From Sedimentisphaerales bacterium (GTDB taxonomy: Bacteria; Planctomycetota; Phycisphaerae; Sedimentisphaerales; Anaerobacaceae): a DNA stretch of 64,000 nt. The position numbers were made by a program, and so were the translations under genes. Each line of letters starts with the position of its first letter. Position 1 is the first letter of the stretch. Location: NCBI GenBank assembly GCA_963708075.1, contig OY970194.1, positions 512,001-576,000 of the forward strand, read 5' to 3'. Below the pieces are notes generated by a model that saw only the letters and a program-made list of their open reading frames with translations, made no database searches and had not been told where the DNA came from. Below are positions 18,784 to 28,361 of the stretch, piece after piece.

Positions 18784-21561
18784 ATGCCTCAGCGCGGTAC
18801 GCAGCACCCAGCCATAACCCTCGTGTGTACATGTCTTCTCGCAGCTACTTACGCGGTCACGGTGGCTTCCGTTGCGGTGGCTGGTGCTTCAAACGTTCTC
18901 AACAACTCACCCGACTGGGAAGGGAGGCGAGAGAATTCGGTTCTGCTCAACGGCCAGTGGGAATTCTCCGTGGGCGACGGAAGCGAGCGGGCCGAGAGCC
19001 CTGACGGCGCGAATCGCCTTCACTGGCAGACGGTGAAATTGCCGGGTCCATTCATGCCGTGGAGCCAGGAGGCGGCAAACGAGACGAAGTGTGCGTGGGC
19101 ACGCAGGAGCTTCAAGCTCACCGCAGCTCAGGCCCATGGCATGGCGGTGCTGCGCTGGAATCGCATTGCCTGCGGGGCGGCGGCGTTCATCAACGGTCAG
19201 AAAGTCGGCGAGAATGAACCTACCGGGCCCTTTCAGGTGATCGTCCCCGCCGGGGTCCTCAGACCCGGCGACAACCAGATCGTGCTCAAGATCCGCGGCG
19301 CCGCTGGGGTGCCCAGGAGCCGAAGCGGCAATGCTTTGATCCCGGCCGGTTTCGGCGTGGGGATGCCGGAGGTGACGGATGACGTGTGGATGGACTTTGC
19401 CGACGCCGCTTACATGAAATGGGTGCTGGCGGTGCCGGATCTCGCCGGCAGCCGGGTCAAGATCCGCGTCACACCGGCCGGCCCGGATCGCCTGGACAAT
19501 CTGAAGATCATCGCTCAGGTCAAGTCCTGGCCGGACGGGAAGGCCATGGGGGAAGGCCAGGCGTCAGCCAGGCTCACGCCAAGCCCAGACCCCCTCGGAG
19601 GCGAGCACTTCTTCGTCGAGGCGCCGATGCCGGGTTTCAAGCCGTGGACGTACGAGCAGCCGCACCTCTACACCGCGGAGGTTACGCTGAAGCGCGGCGA
19701 GAAGGTGCTGGATACGGTCACCATTCGCTTCGGCATGCGTGAGATCACCATAGCGGGCGGGCACTATCTGCTGAACGGCAAGACCCTCCGGTTGCGCGGC
19801 TCGGAGCTCTGCTTCGAGTGGAACTGGGGGGACACCATCACGGGCAAAGAGTTCGACTACCTCGTCACTGAGGCCCGCGAGATGAGCATGAATGCCTTTC
19901 GCACGCACACGATGCCACTGCCGCCCCTGTGGGCCAACATCTGCGATGAGAACGGCACCATGGTCCTGGCGGAGTTCCCCTGCCTCTACAATTACCAGGA
20001 CTACAAGTTCACGCTTGAGGAATACGCCATCTGGCACAAGAACGTGCTCAGCGACGCCGCCGGCTGGATGGGGCGGCTCTGGAACCACCCGGCCGTGGTC
20101 ATGTGGGTGCTCTCCAACGAGTCGAACCGCGACAGCCAATGGGAGATGGGCCCGTACCACGACTTCGTGCGGGCGCTGGACCCGACGCGGCCGACCATGC
20201 GCACCGGCGACACCGGCACGGCGGAGAACTATGACGTGCACACGTGCGGCAATGTCGAAGACACGCTGGAAGGCAATCTCATCCCGGGCATCCCCTCGTG
20301 GTTCAATGAAGCGAAGGGCCGGCCCGTCACCAACAGCGAGTACATGAACTACTTCGGCCGGCCGGCGACCCAGTGGACGGGTAAGGAGGATGGCGACGCC
20401 GATGCGCTGGCCTGTGCCCAGCTCGGCATGGAGCACACCGAGGCAATGCGCCGTGCCCGCATCGACGGCATGTTGCCCTACATGTACGCCGGCTGGACGC
20501 GGACCCGGCTCGCAGCGCGCGTCAGAGAGACCGGCAAGGGCAGTGCCGTCTGGAAGGCCGGCTATGCCTCGCCTCTGTCCGCGTGCTGGCATAGCTCGCT
20601 GTCGCCGGTACTCGCCAGCCTTGATCTTTTCGACCCCGACTATCTGCCGGGCCAGGAGGTGCGCACCGACCTGTACCTCATCAACGATTCCTGGCACGAT
20701 GCCATGATTCATGTCGATCTGTTGTTGACCGAGGAGTGTCCCGAGTTCATCCCCGAAGCCTCATGCTTCGACCAGCCCGTAGCCAGGTGGAGCTATGACT
20801 TCACGTTGAAGGCGGACACGTTGACGAAGACGCCCATCACGTGGAAGCTGCCTGACCGGGAAGGCAGCTACTGGCTTACGGCTCGTACGACCGGCATCCC
20901 CGGCCGGCCCGTCCTCAGCCAGCGCTTCGTGCGAACGGTGCGCCCGCCGGAGGTGCCCGCGAGTCTCCGCGACCGGCGCTTTGTGCTTCTCGGCGGCGAC
21001 GCCGACGCTGACGCCTGGTTCCGGTCGCGCGGCTTGCAGGTCGAGCACGATCTCCGTACACTGACGCCCGGCAGGGATGTGGTCGTCATCTGGTACGCGG
21101 AGAACATACCCGCGGCGCAGAAGCGGCAGGCGAATGTCGTGCGAGACTTCGTCGCTGCCGGCGGTCGGGTGGTCGTTCTGGGCACCCGTGCGTGGGACTG
21201 GTTCGAGTTATGCGACGTGAAGACCGAAGACACGTGCGGCTCGCGCGTCTTCGCCTATCCGGATGCCCGGCACTTGTTGCTCGATGGCATCCGACCCGAA
21301 TGCCTGATGCGATGGAATGGGCTGCCCGGCACGGTAGCCATGGGCCGTCTGGAAGGCCCGGCGATGGCAGGCGCGACGAAGATCCTCTGGGTGCGCGAGC
21401 CCAAGACCACCGTCGCGGCCGAGGTCCCCATCGCCCGCGGGAAGGGAACCATCCTCTTCTCGGGGATGCACGTACAGGAACGCCTGGATCGCTCGAAGCC
21501 GCGCTATGACCCGGTGGCGGAGAGAGTCCTGATCAACATGCTCCGGGCGACAGAGAAGTAA
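18784..21561 (+). CDS. Glycoside hydrolase family 2-like protein
   Basis: LNGQWEF, PHLY..FGMREI, NAFRTH, WNHPAVVMWVLSNE motifs; signal peptide. Confidence 0.85.
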   Translation: MPQRGTQHPAITLVCTCLLAATYAVTVASVAVAGASNVLNNSPDWEGRRENSVLLNGQWEFSVGDGSERAESPDGANRLHWQTVKLPGPFMPWSQEAANETKCAWARRSFKLTAAQAHGMAVLRWNRIACGAAAFINGQKVGENEPTGPFQVIVPAGVLRPGDNQIVLKIRGAAGVPRSRSGNALIPAGFGVGMPEVTDDVWMDFADAAYMKWVLAVPDLAGSRVKIRVTPAGPDRLDNLKIIAQVKSWPDGKAMGEGQASARLTPSPDPLGGEHFFVEAPMPGFKPWTYEQPHLYTAEVTLKRGEKVLDTVTIRFGMREITIAGGHYLLNGKTLRLRGSELCFEWNWGDTITGKEFDYLVTEAREMSMNAFRTHTMPLPPLWANICDENGTMVLAEFPCLYNYQDYKFTLEEYAIWHKNVLSDAAGWMGRLWNHPAVVMWVLSNESNRDSQWEMGPYHDFVRALDPTRPTMRTGDTGTAENYDVHTCGNVEDTLEGNLIPGIPSWFNEAKGRPVTNSEYMNYFGRPATQWTGKEDGDADALACAQLGMEHTEAMRRARIDGMLPYMYAGWTRTRLAARVRETGKGSAVWKAGYASPLSACWHSSLSPVLASLDLFDPDYLPGQEVRTDLYLINDSWHDAMIHVDLLLTEECPEFIPEASCFDQPVARWSYDFTLKADTLTKTPITWKLPDREGSYWLTARTTGIPGRPVLSQRFVRTVRPPEVPASLRDRRFVLLGGDADADAWFRSRGLQVEHDLRTLTPGRDVVVIWYAENIPAAQKRQANVVRDFVAAGGRVVVLGTRAWDWFELCDVKTEDTCGSRVFAYPDARHLLLDGIRPECLMRWNGLPGTVAMGRLEGPAMAGATKILWVREPKTTVAAEVPIARGKGTILFSGMHVQERLDRSKPRYDPVAERVLINMLRATEK

Positions 21562-21571
21562 GACGAGCGAG

Positions 21572-24538
21572 TCAGCGGGTGCTCGTCGAAGCGACCTTCA
21601 CTCCCTGCCGGTTGGTCAACTCGATGATCTCGGCCTGGACGGAGAGCCGGCGCATAAGGTCGCCCACGATGAACAGGGCCTGGCCGCCTGTGGGAGAGGA
21701 TTGGCGGGCGCGGAAAGCGGGGCGATTGGCCGCTACGTATAGAGCGCTGGTGGCCGGAATCACCGTGCCGCCTCGGAACGTGAAGAGAAGAGGCCGGGTG
21801 CCGATGCCGACGTTCAAGGTCCAGCCGGAAATGTCCACGGCGAAGCGGTTGGGGTTCAGTAACTGGACGTATTGCTCGGCCAGGTTGCCGCTGGAGGGGC
21901 TGGTCTCAACAGTGCCGATGGCGATGACGGCATCGGCCGGCTGGGCACCGGGGAGTTCCCTGGCGCCGGAAGCCAGGCCATTGAACAATTGTTTCCTTCG
22001 TTCCGGCAGGTAATAGTTCTTCAACTCCGCCACGGCCTGCGGCAGGGACTGTGGGCAGCAGGGGGCGGTTGACCCGTTGCCCCAGGCGTTCGAGCCCCAC
22101 TTGGCGGCGTCCAGGGCCGCGTCCGGAGCAAGCACGGCTGCCAACTCGTCGATGATCGGCTCGTAATGTAGCTCAGATGCCGGCGTCCCGGGCGGTTTGA
22201 GCAGCTCGTCCATCAGCGTGCGCACGCGCCGCAGGTACATCTGCCGGATTTCGGGAGTGTCGAAGATGGCTTTCGGCACGTTGTTATTGTTGCCGATGAA
22301 CAGCGGAGTATCGACAATCAGACGCTGGTCCCAGTAGGTCATCGAGCTGATCCAGCGGCGACCGAAGCTCAGATCGACATCCCACGGCCACATCTGCCAT
22401 TCGTCGCTTCCGCCCGTGTCGCGGTAAAAGTAGTAGTTCTTGTGACAGCAGTCGGTGTCCCCCGTCAGGGCGCGAGCGGCCAGGAAGTTGACGACCTGGG
22501 CGACGTCCACGTTGTCGTACAGGTACCGTCGGCGGGCCTCGCCCGAGAGACTGACGCCGTTGTATAGCGCCAGCAGATCCGCATTGTCCTCGGTCTGCCG
22601 CGTCTTCTTTTCGACCTCGCTGTTAGCATGACTGGGGCTGGTGAAGGTGTTATACATCTTGTAAAGAGCCCCCTCCGGGTTCAGTCCCATGCGGATCAGC
22701 CAGTCCTCGTCGCCGTTCTCCATCGCGTGCGCCGTTCCCCAGAAGGCCCCGTTCTGTTGCACGCGCACCGGGAACACCCAGTGGTAGGGGCAATCAGCGT
22801 CCCGGTAGGTTCCGTGGGCCAGGATGTTTCGCATCTGGGCCTTGTCGGGATAGGTTGTCAGGAGGTTGAGGTCATCGGCTCGTGGCTCACCCGGTGCCCA
22901 TTTGAAATTGTGACCGCGATTGAAGTCGACGTTATAACTCTTCTTAGGGAACCCCCGGCTGGACTGGCCGTGAAGGTAGATACTCACATTGTCATAGAAT
23001 TGGCCGTCGTAGAAGAGGGAACAGCGTGTGCCCGCATCCGAGTTGGCCGCGCTGGGATTCTCGACGAACCAGTGCAGCACCGGCAGTGGGCTGTCCACGC
23101 TCAGGTCCGTCACCACGGTGCCGTGGTACTGCGGGGAATTCAACGGATCGAGGAAGGCAGGCGATCTCGATGCATATCCGGCTGTGTCCGCGGCTATGAT
23201 GTACCATCGCACCATCTGCCCCGCACGAAATGCGGTCTCGCGGATTCTCGCTCCATAGATGCCATCACCGGCCTCGCCATCGGCGCTGTTCCCATCGTCG
23301 CGCAAGGGGACCACAACCTCTGCATTGAACATCACCCGATAGCACAGTTGCGCCATCGCCAGGGGGGCGGAGACCGGAGTGATCCGGGCGGTGATCTGCA
23401 GGTCTTCGCTGTCCGTCGGAGTCAGCGGATAGTGAGAGTCATCGGCGATAACCGGCCCTATGGTTTCGATGCCGGCGTCGTTCGGCTTGCCCGGCGTCGG
23501 CGTTGGGAAGTAGCGGAACACCGGCACGGCTCCGCTGACGGCGACCTGCAGCTCCGGAAGGACCAGCATGTCCCAGTCGTTAATACCGTTGTTCAATCCC
23601 TGCACCGCCAGCACGTTTGTTCCGGCGTGAAGAAAGTCGAACGGGCGGATATTAAAGTCCATCGGATACACAAATCTGCTGGTGGGCCAGACGGCAGGGG
23701 CGCCGGAGTCCCACGTTTCGGCGCCCCGGGCCGGGGCATTGTATCTCGCCACCTCGCACCCGTTGATGTAGACGATGATCCCGTCATCAAACCACATGCG
23801 TAAGGTTAGCGTCCGGACCAGCGATGGGTCCTCGATAGCAAAGGGGACCCGGACATAGGCCGTCTGATTCACACCCAGCATGGCAGAGATGTCCGTTTCG
23901 ATCTGGCGCGGAAAATTGAAGCCAACGCCCGTCGTGCCGGACTGCCAGGCTGAATCATCGAAGTTCTCCAGCGTCCACGGACGCGGGGCGTTCGGCGATT
24001 TCGGCTCCAGTGCGTCATTCAGAGGCACCTGGACTTTGGCCGGGGCCCCCTGGGCCAGCAGAACTTCCTGGGACGTCTCGCCACTCAAGCCATAGGAGAC
24101 GTCGGGCGCCTGAACGGGAAAGGCCGGTGAAAACTCCGAAACGACAGTGACTCCATCCGGGCGGACCAGAGCGAGGTACTCGCCGGACCCGCTCAGCTTG
24201 AAATTCGTGTGCAGCTCGCCCGCCGCATCGGCCCGGTCCTTCCCGGAGGCGAATACGATCAGGTACATGTCGGAGCCAAGTGTCACGGCCGGAAACTTCC
24301 ACTTGGTCAAGTTGCGGGCTGAGTCCGTAAGGTACCAATCCTCCAGGTTCACCGCGTTCATCCCGGCGTTGTGAATCTCGATCCAGTCCTCCTCGTCGCG
24401 GTCGCTGTCGTCCAGACCATTCTCGTTCACCGCCATGAACTCGTTGATCCGGAGCATATCCTGCGCGTGAAGCGGGGCCGATAAACCGGGGGTAAGCAGG
24501 AGCACAACGAGGAAAGCTGATGTCTGCAAATATCCCAT
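21572..24538 (-). CDS. CotH kinase family protein with lamin tail domains
   Basis: INEFMA..DWIEIHN (LTD); GQSSRGFPKKSY, KNYYFY, WPWDVDLSFG (CotH). Confidence 0.88.
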   Translation of the reverse strand: MGYLQTSAFLVVLLLTPGLSAPLHAQDMLRINEFMAVNENGLDDSDRDEEDWIEIHNAGMNAVNLEDWYLTDSARNLTKWKFPAVTLGSDMYLIVFASGKDRADAAGELHTNFKLSGSGEYLALVRPDGVTVVSEFSPAFPVQAPDVSYGLSGETSQEVLLAQGAPAKVQVPLNDALEPKSPNAPRPWTLENFDDSAWQSGTTGVGFNFPRQIETDISAMLGVNQTAYVRVPFAIEDPSLVRTLTLRMWFDDGIIVYINGCEVARYNAPARGAETWDSGAPAVWPTSRFVYPMDFNIRPFDFLHAGTNVLAVQGLNNGINDWDMLVLPELQVAVSGAVPVFRYFPTPTPGKPNDAGIETIGPVIADDSHYPLTPTDSEDLQITARITPVSAPLAMAQLCYRVMFNAEVVVPLRDDGNSADGEAGDGIYGARIRETAFRAGQMVRWYIIAADTAGYASRSPAFLDPLNSPQYHGTVVTDLSVDSPLPVLHWFVENPSAANSDAGTRCSLFYDGQFYDNVSIYLHGQSSRGFPKKSYNVDFNRGHNFKWAPGEPRADDLNLLTTYPDKAQMRNILAHGTYRDADCPYHWVFPVRVQQNGAFWGTAHAMENGDEDWLIRMGLNPEGALYKMYNTFTSPSHANSEVEKKTRQTEDNADLLALYNGVSLSGEARRRYLYDNVDVAQVVNFLAARALTGDTDCCHKNYYFYRDTGGSDEWQMWPWDVDLSFGRRWISSMTYWDQRLIVDTPLFIGNNNNVPKAIFDTPEIRQMYLRRVRTLMDELLKPPGTPASELHYEPIIDELAAVLAPDAALDAAKWGSNAWGNGSTAPCCPQSLPQAVAELKNYYLPERRKQLFNGLASGARELPGAQPADAVIAIGTVETSPSSGNLAEQYVQLLNPNRFAVDISGWTLNVGIGTRPLLFTFRGGTVIPATSALYVAANRPAFRARQSSPTGGQALFIVGDLMRRLSVQAEIIELTNRQGVKVASTSTR

Positions 24539-24745
24539 TCGAAGGATGACCCTCTTCAGCCCGGGCCGGCGAGGGCGTCAAAGGCCTGCGCCGACAGGAA
24601 ATCCAATCTCTGCGTCAACATAGATTATACCAGACGGAGCGTTAAAAATGTGGATTTTTGTCCGTACAGGGACGTATATCTCTCGTCTATGACTGTAGTG
24701 AATGGAAAGACGGTCCAGTTGAGTCGGTTTGCGGGGAGCATTCCC

Positions 24746-25321
24746 GTGAAAGAGCTTGGGGGCGTCCTGACGCCGGGGTCCGGCGACCTGATGGCCGTGG
24801 TGGCGCGTTATCAAGGTCCGCTGCTGCGGTACGCCGGCCGGATGCTGGGCAGCGCCAACGACCAGCGGGAGGACGTCGTGCAGGAGACCTTCATCCGGCT
24901 GCACCGCCAGGTCTCCGCCCACGGGTGGGACAGCATCCAGCATCTCACGACTTGGCTCTTTCACGTGGCCCATAATCTGACCGTTGATGCGCTGCGCCGG
25001 AGGGTGCGCCAGGATGCTGCCCGCAAGGACGTGGAATCCGTCACCTCCACAGACCCGCCCGCGGCCGCCCAGGAGGCTACGGCCGAGGAGATGGACGCCT
25101 TGGGCGAAGCGATTCGCCGGGAAGCCCGGCAGGTAGTCCTGCAAGAGCTGTCGCAGCTCGATGAGTGCTACCGGCAAGTGGTGCTGCTCAAGATCGTCCA
25201 CGATATGACCCTGCGGGAGGTGGCCGAGGTCGTCGGCGTGTCGCTCTCCACGGTCAATCACCGGCTCAACGAAGGCCTGGGCATCCTGGCCCGGCGGCTG
25301 CGAAAGGCAGGCGTCGTATGA
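24746..25321 (+). CDS. ECF RNA polymerase sigma factor
   Basis: EDVVQETFIRL..TWLFHVAHN (region 2); MTLREVAEVVGVSLSTV (region 4). GTG start chosen from GGGGAG RBS; ORF open from 24650. Confidence 0.9.
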   Translation: MKELGGVLTPGSGDLMAVVARYQGPLLRYAGRMLGSANDQREDVVQETFIRLHRQVSAHGWDSIQHLTTWLFHVAHNLTVDALRRRVRQDAARKDVESVTSTDPPAAAQEATAEEMDALGEAIRREARQVVLQELSQLDECYRQVVLLKIVHDMTLREVAEVVGVSLSTVNHRLNEGLGILARRLRKAGVV

Positions 25322-25409
25322 ACGAATCAGCCCATAAGCAGAGACCAGCCATTGACAGTCAAATGATGAGAACGACCTTTCCGGCTCAGGGCCGGGCGGG
25401 GAGTCGAAT

Positions 25410-28241
25410 ATGAATCGTGAACGAGCAGAAAAACTACTGGCCGCGCTGATCTTCGATGATCTGGACGAGGCTTCGAAGGCCGAGCTTCACGCCTACCTGC
25501 AGACGGATGACGACCTGCGGGACCGCCTTGCCGACATGCGCATGGCCGCCAAGCTGGCCTGTGACGCAGTGAAAGACGGCCCTGACCCGGCGCTGAGCGA
25601 GCATCGACTGACCCAGTTGAAGCAACTCGCCAAGACCGGTAAGACAGGGGGACGAGTCTTCACACTTCGCCGTTTCCTGGCCGCCGCAGTCCTTGTGTTC
25701 GGCTTGGTGCTTCTGGGGCTCATGCTTGTGCCCGGTAATTTTGTGGGAGGTACAGACGAAGCTCGCTTTTCTGCCCGGGTGCTGGAACAACGCCTTGCGT
25801 CCACCGATGACCGCTTTAACCTGGGTGAGGCGAAACCAAGTTCGGAATTGATGGCGCAGGACCCGAGGCTTGGCGTCCAGTTGCGGCGAACGGACAGGGG
25901 CCTTGTGGCAAGCGACTCAGCAGGCAGCCCCACCGGCGGCATGGGTGGTATGGGAGGCATGGGCGGCTACGGTGGGGGTGTCTCCGGCAGGAGAGTAGCT
26001 CCGGCAGAGGTCAAGAATCGTGCTCTCACGGAAACCGATCGCCATAGTCTTAAGATGACGGGTGGATCGTTGCTGGATGAGAGTACGCCCGTGGCGTCGG
26101 CTCCGCCGGCGATGCCGCCCTCGCTGGGTGAACCGATGCTGGGCCGCGGACCGGATTCTCCCAGGAGGATCGACATTATCAGGGGCTCGAAGGTGCAGTC
26201 GGACGAGCTCGCGTTCGAGGCGGACGGCAACATCGATGCCGGTCAGCCCTTGTCAGGGCCCGCACCTGTGGACGCAAGTGGCTTTGCGGCGGCGGGGCGG
26301 TTTCGCGGTGTCAGGAACGGGGATACGGAACTGGATTTCAGGGGGGCAGTTCCTGAGAGTAAGGAGTCGGTCAGCTATGGCTGGTCGGGGACTCTCACTC
26401 CGCAGAAGGCTCCTGTGCCGATGTCAGCAACCACGCCGCCTGCTTCCATCGCGAACTCCGATGTGAAGTCGAACGGGGCCTTGAGCGTTGCTGATTCCGA
26501 TGGGGACGCAGCGGGCAAGCGAGTACCCATACTGGGAGATAAGCCGGTTGTCGGTGGGCTATTCAGACAGAGCAAAGCAGATGTCGAGAAGGACTTGGGC
26601 AGGGGACTCGATGAGTTGAATCGCGAGGCAGAGACGCCTCTGAGCGTTGTATCGACCCAGATGGATCCGGTTCTGCTCGTGCCGACTAATGAGCCGGCCG
26701 ATCATTCCAGCGTGCTGCTTGAGAAGAAGGACGCAAGCGTTCGCTCTTCGGGAGAAGTAGCCTATCCCAAGAATTGGGCCGAGATCAGACCCAACCAGAA
26801 AGCAGATACGCCGCTTGAGGGAGCCGAGGCCGGGGTGCCTTTGGCGTCCCATTTTCGCGTGGTGCCGGTCAATCCGTGGGTGATGACGGATCGCGACTCT
26901 CTGTCCACCTTTGCCCTGGATGTGGATACGGCCTCGTATGCCCTGTGCCGGCGGTATATCCGCGGCGGATTTCTGCCGCCGATTGGCGCGGTGCGCATGG
27001 AGGAATTCATCAACGCGTTCGACTATGCCTATCCGCAGCGCGAGGATGCAACGTTTGCCGTATATGCCGAGGGGGCGCCCTCGCCGTTTGCTGCCGAAGG
27101 GCAGGACCTGACGCTGCTGAAGATTGCAGTCAAGGCCCGCACCGTGGGTCGCGATCAGCGCCGGGCTGCGCACTTGGTCTTTGTGGTTGATGCTTCGGCG
27201 TCCATGGGCCAGGCGGATCGGCTGCCGGCGGTCCAGGCTGCCCTGAATCTCCTGGTGGACAAGCTCTCGGATGTGGATCGCGTTTCGCTGATCACCTGCG
27301 CCAACGAGGCCAGGCTGCATCTGGAGGCGGTCCCCGCTCAGCAGAAAGACGTGATTCGTCAGGCCATCGAGAGCATTCAGCCGGCGGGACCCACGAATCT
27401 CATGGCAGGCCTGCGGCTTGGATATGCGATGGCCCGCAAGGCCTTTGTCGCCGGCCGGATCAATCAAGTCGTGCTCTGCTCGGATGGCGTGGCCAATGTG
27501 GGTCAGACGGAGGCTCAGGCGGTGCTCGATGAAGTGGCCGGGGACCGAAAGCAGGGCATCACCCTCACCTGCGTCGGCGTCGGATACGGAGCGTACAACG
27601 ACGCCTTCCTGGAGGCCATGGCCGACCGCGGGGACGGGCGCTACGTGTTCCTCGATTCCTCTGAAGAGGCCCGGGACGCCCTCGTCGGCCAGTTGGCGGC
27701 GACCCTGCAAACAGTGGCCAAGGATGCCCGCATCCAGGTCGAGTTCAATCCTGCCCGCGTGCGACGTTACCGGCTGATCGGCTACGAAAACCGAGACATC
27801 GAGGACCAGCGGTTCCGCGACGACACTGTGGATGCGGGCGAGGTCGGATCGGGCCAGTGCTCCACGGCCCTGTATGAGCTGGAGCTAACGGCTCCTTCCT
27901 CCCCAGATGCCGACAGCAATCTCGGGACGGTCTTCGTGCGGTATCGTCACGCGGAGACCGGGCAGGTCGAGGAGACCTCCCGGCCCCTGGCCGGCTCCAT
28001 CATTCGCCGGCGATCCGCGGAGGCAGACCCGCGGTTCTTCCTAGCGGCCGGGGCGGCACGGTTCGCGGAGTGGCTGCGACAATCGGAGCACGCTCGGCAC
28101 ACGGCCCTGGCGGATGTGCAGCGATTGCTCGACAACGTCAGTGCGGCCTTGCCCCTGGACCGGGACGTGCAAGACCTGGCGGCACTGGCGCATCAGGCGG
28201 AGAACCTGCCCAGGGCGTCGCCCGCGGCGCCACAGCCGTGA
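25410..28241 (+). CDS. Membrane-anchored anti-sigma-like protein with YfbK-type vWA domain
   Basis: N-terminal anti-sigma-like helices, one TM, long low-complexity linker, STFALDVDTASY, MIDAS DASASM, SDG, YRLIGYENR..DAGEVGSG. Confidence 0.85.
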   Translation: MNRERAEKLLAALIFDDLDEASKAELHAYLQTDDDLRDRLADMRMAAKLACDAVKDGPDPALSEHRLTQLKQLAKTGKTGGRVFTLRRFLAAAVLVFGLVLLGLMLVPGNFVGGTDEARFSARVLEQRLASTDDRFNLGEAKPSSELMAQDPRLGVQLRRTDRGLVASDSAGSPTGGMGGMGGMGGYGGGVSGRRVAPAEVKNRALTETDRHSLKMTGGSLLDESTPVASAPPAMPPSLGEPMLGRGPDSPRRIDIIRGSKVQSDELAFEADGNIDAGQPLSGPAPVDASGFAAAGRFRGVRNGDTELDFRGAVPESKESVSYGWSGTLTPQKAPVPMSATTPPASIANSDVKSNGALSVADSDGDAAGKRVPILGDKPVVGGLFRQSKADVEKDLGRGLDELNREAETPLSVVSTQMDPVLLVPTNEPADHSSVLLEKKDASVRSSGEVAYPKNWAEIRPNQKADTPLEGAEAGVPLASHFRVVPVNPWVMTDRDSLSTFALDVDTASYALCRRYIRGGFLPPIGAVRMEEFINAFDYAYPQREDATFAVYAEGAPSPFAAEGQDLTLLKIAVKARTVGRDQRRAAHLVFVVDASASMGQADRLPAVQAALNLLVDKLSDVDRVSLITCANEARLHLEAVPAQQKDVIRQAIESIQPAGPTNLMAGLRLGYAMARKAFVAGRINQVVLCSDGVANVGQTEAQAVLDEVAGDRKQGITLTCVGVGYGAYNDAFLEAMADRGDGRYVFLDSSEEARDALVGQLAATLQTVAKDARIQVEFNPARVRRYRLIGYENRDIEDQRFRDDTVDAGEVGSGQCSTALYELELTAPSSPDADSNLGTVFVRYRHAETGQVEETSRPLAGSIIRRRSAEADPRFFLAAGAARFAEWLRQSEHARHTALADVQRLLDNVSAALPLDRDVQDLAALAHQAENLPRASPAAPQP

Positions 28242-28361
28242 CAACAGGCGACCGGGCTCGGCGGATTTTACATGAGTTTTACGCCTCTGCGATTCGACAA
28301 TGCTGTACTATCTGGATAGAGATGCCTTCATTTGGAATTGGTGCGTGATCTTGGAAAGGGC

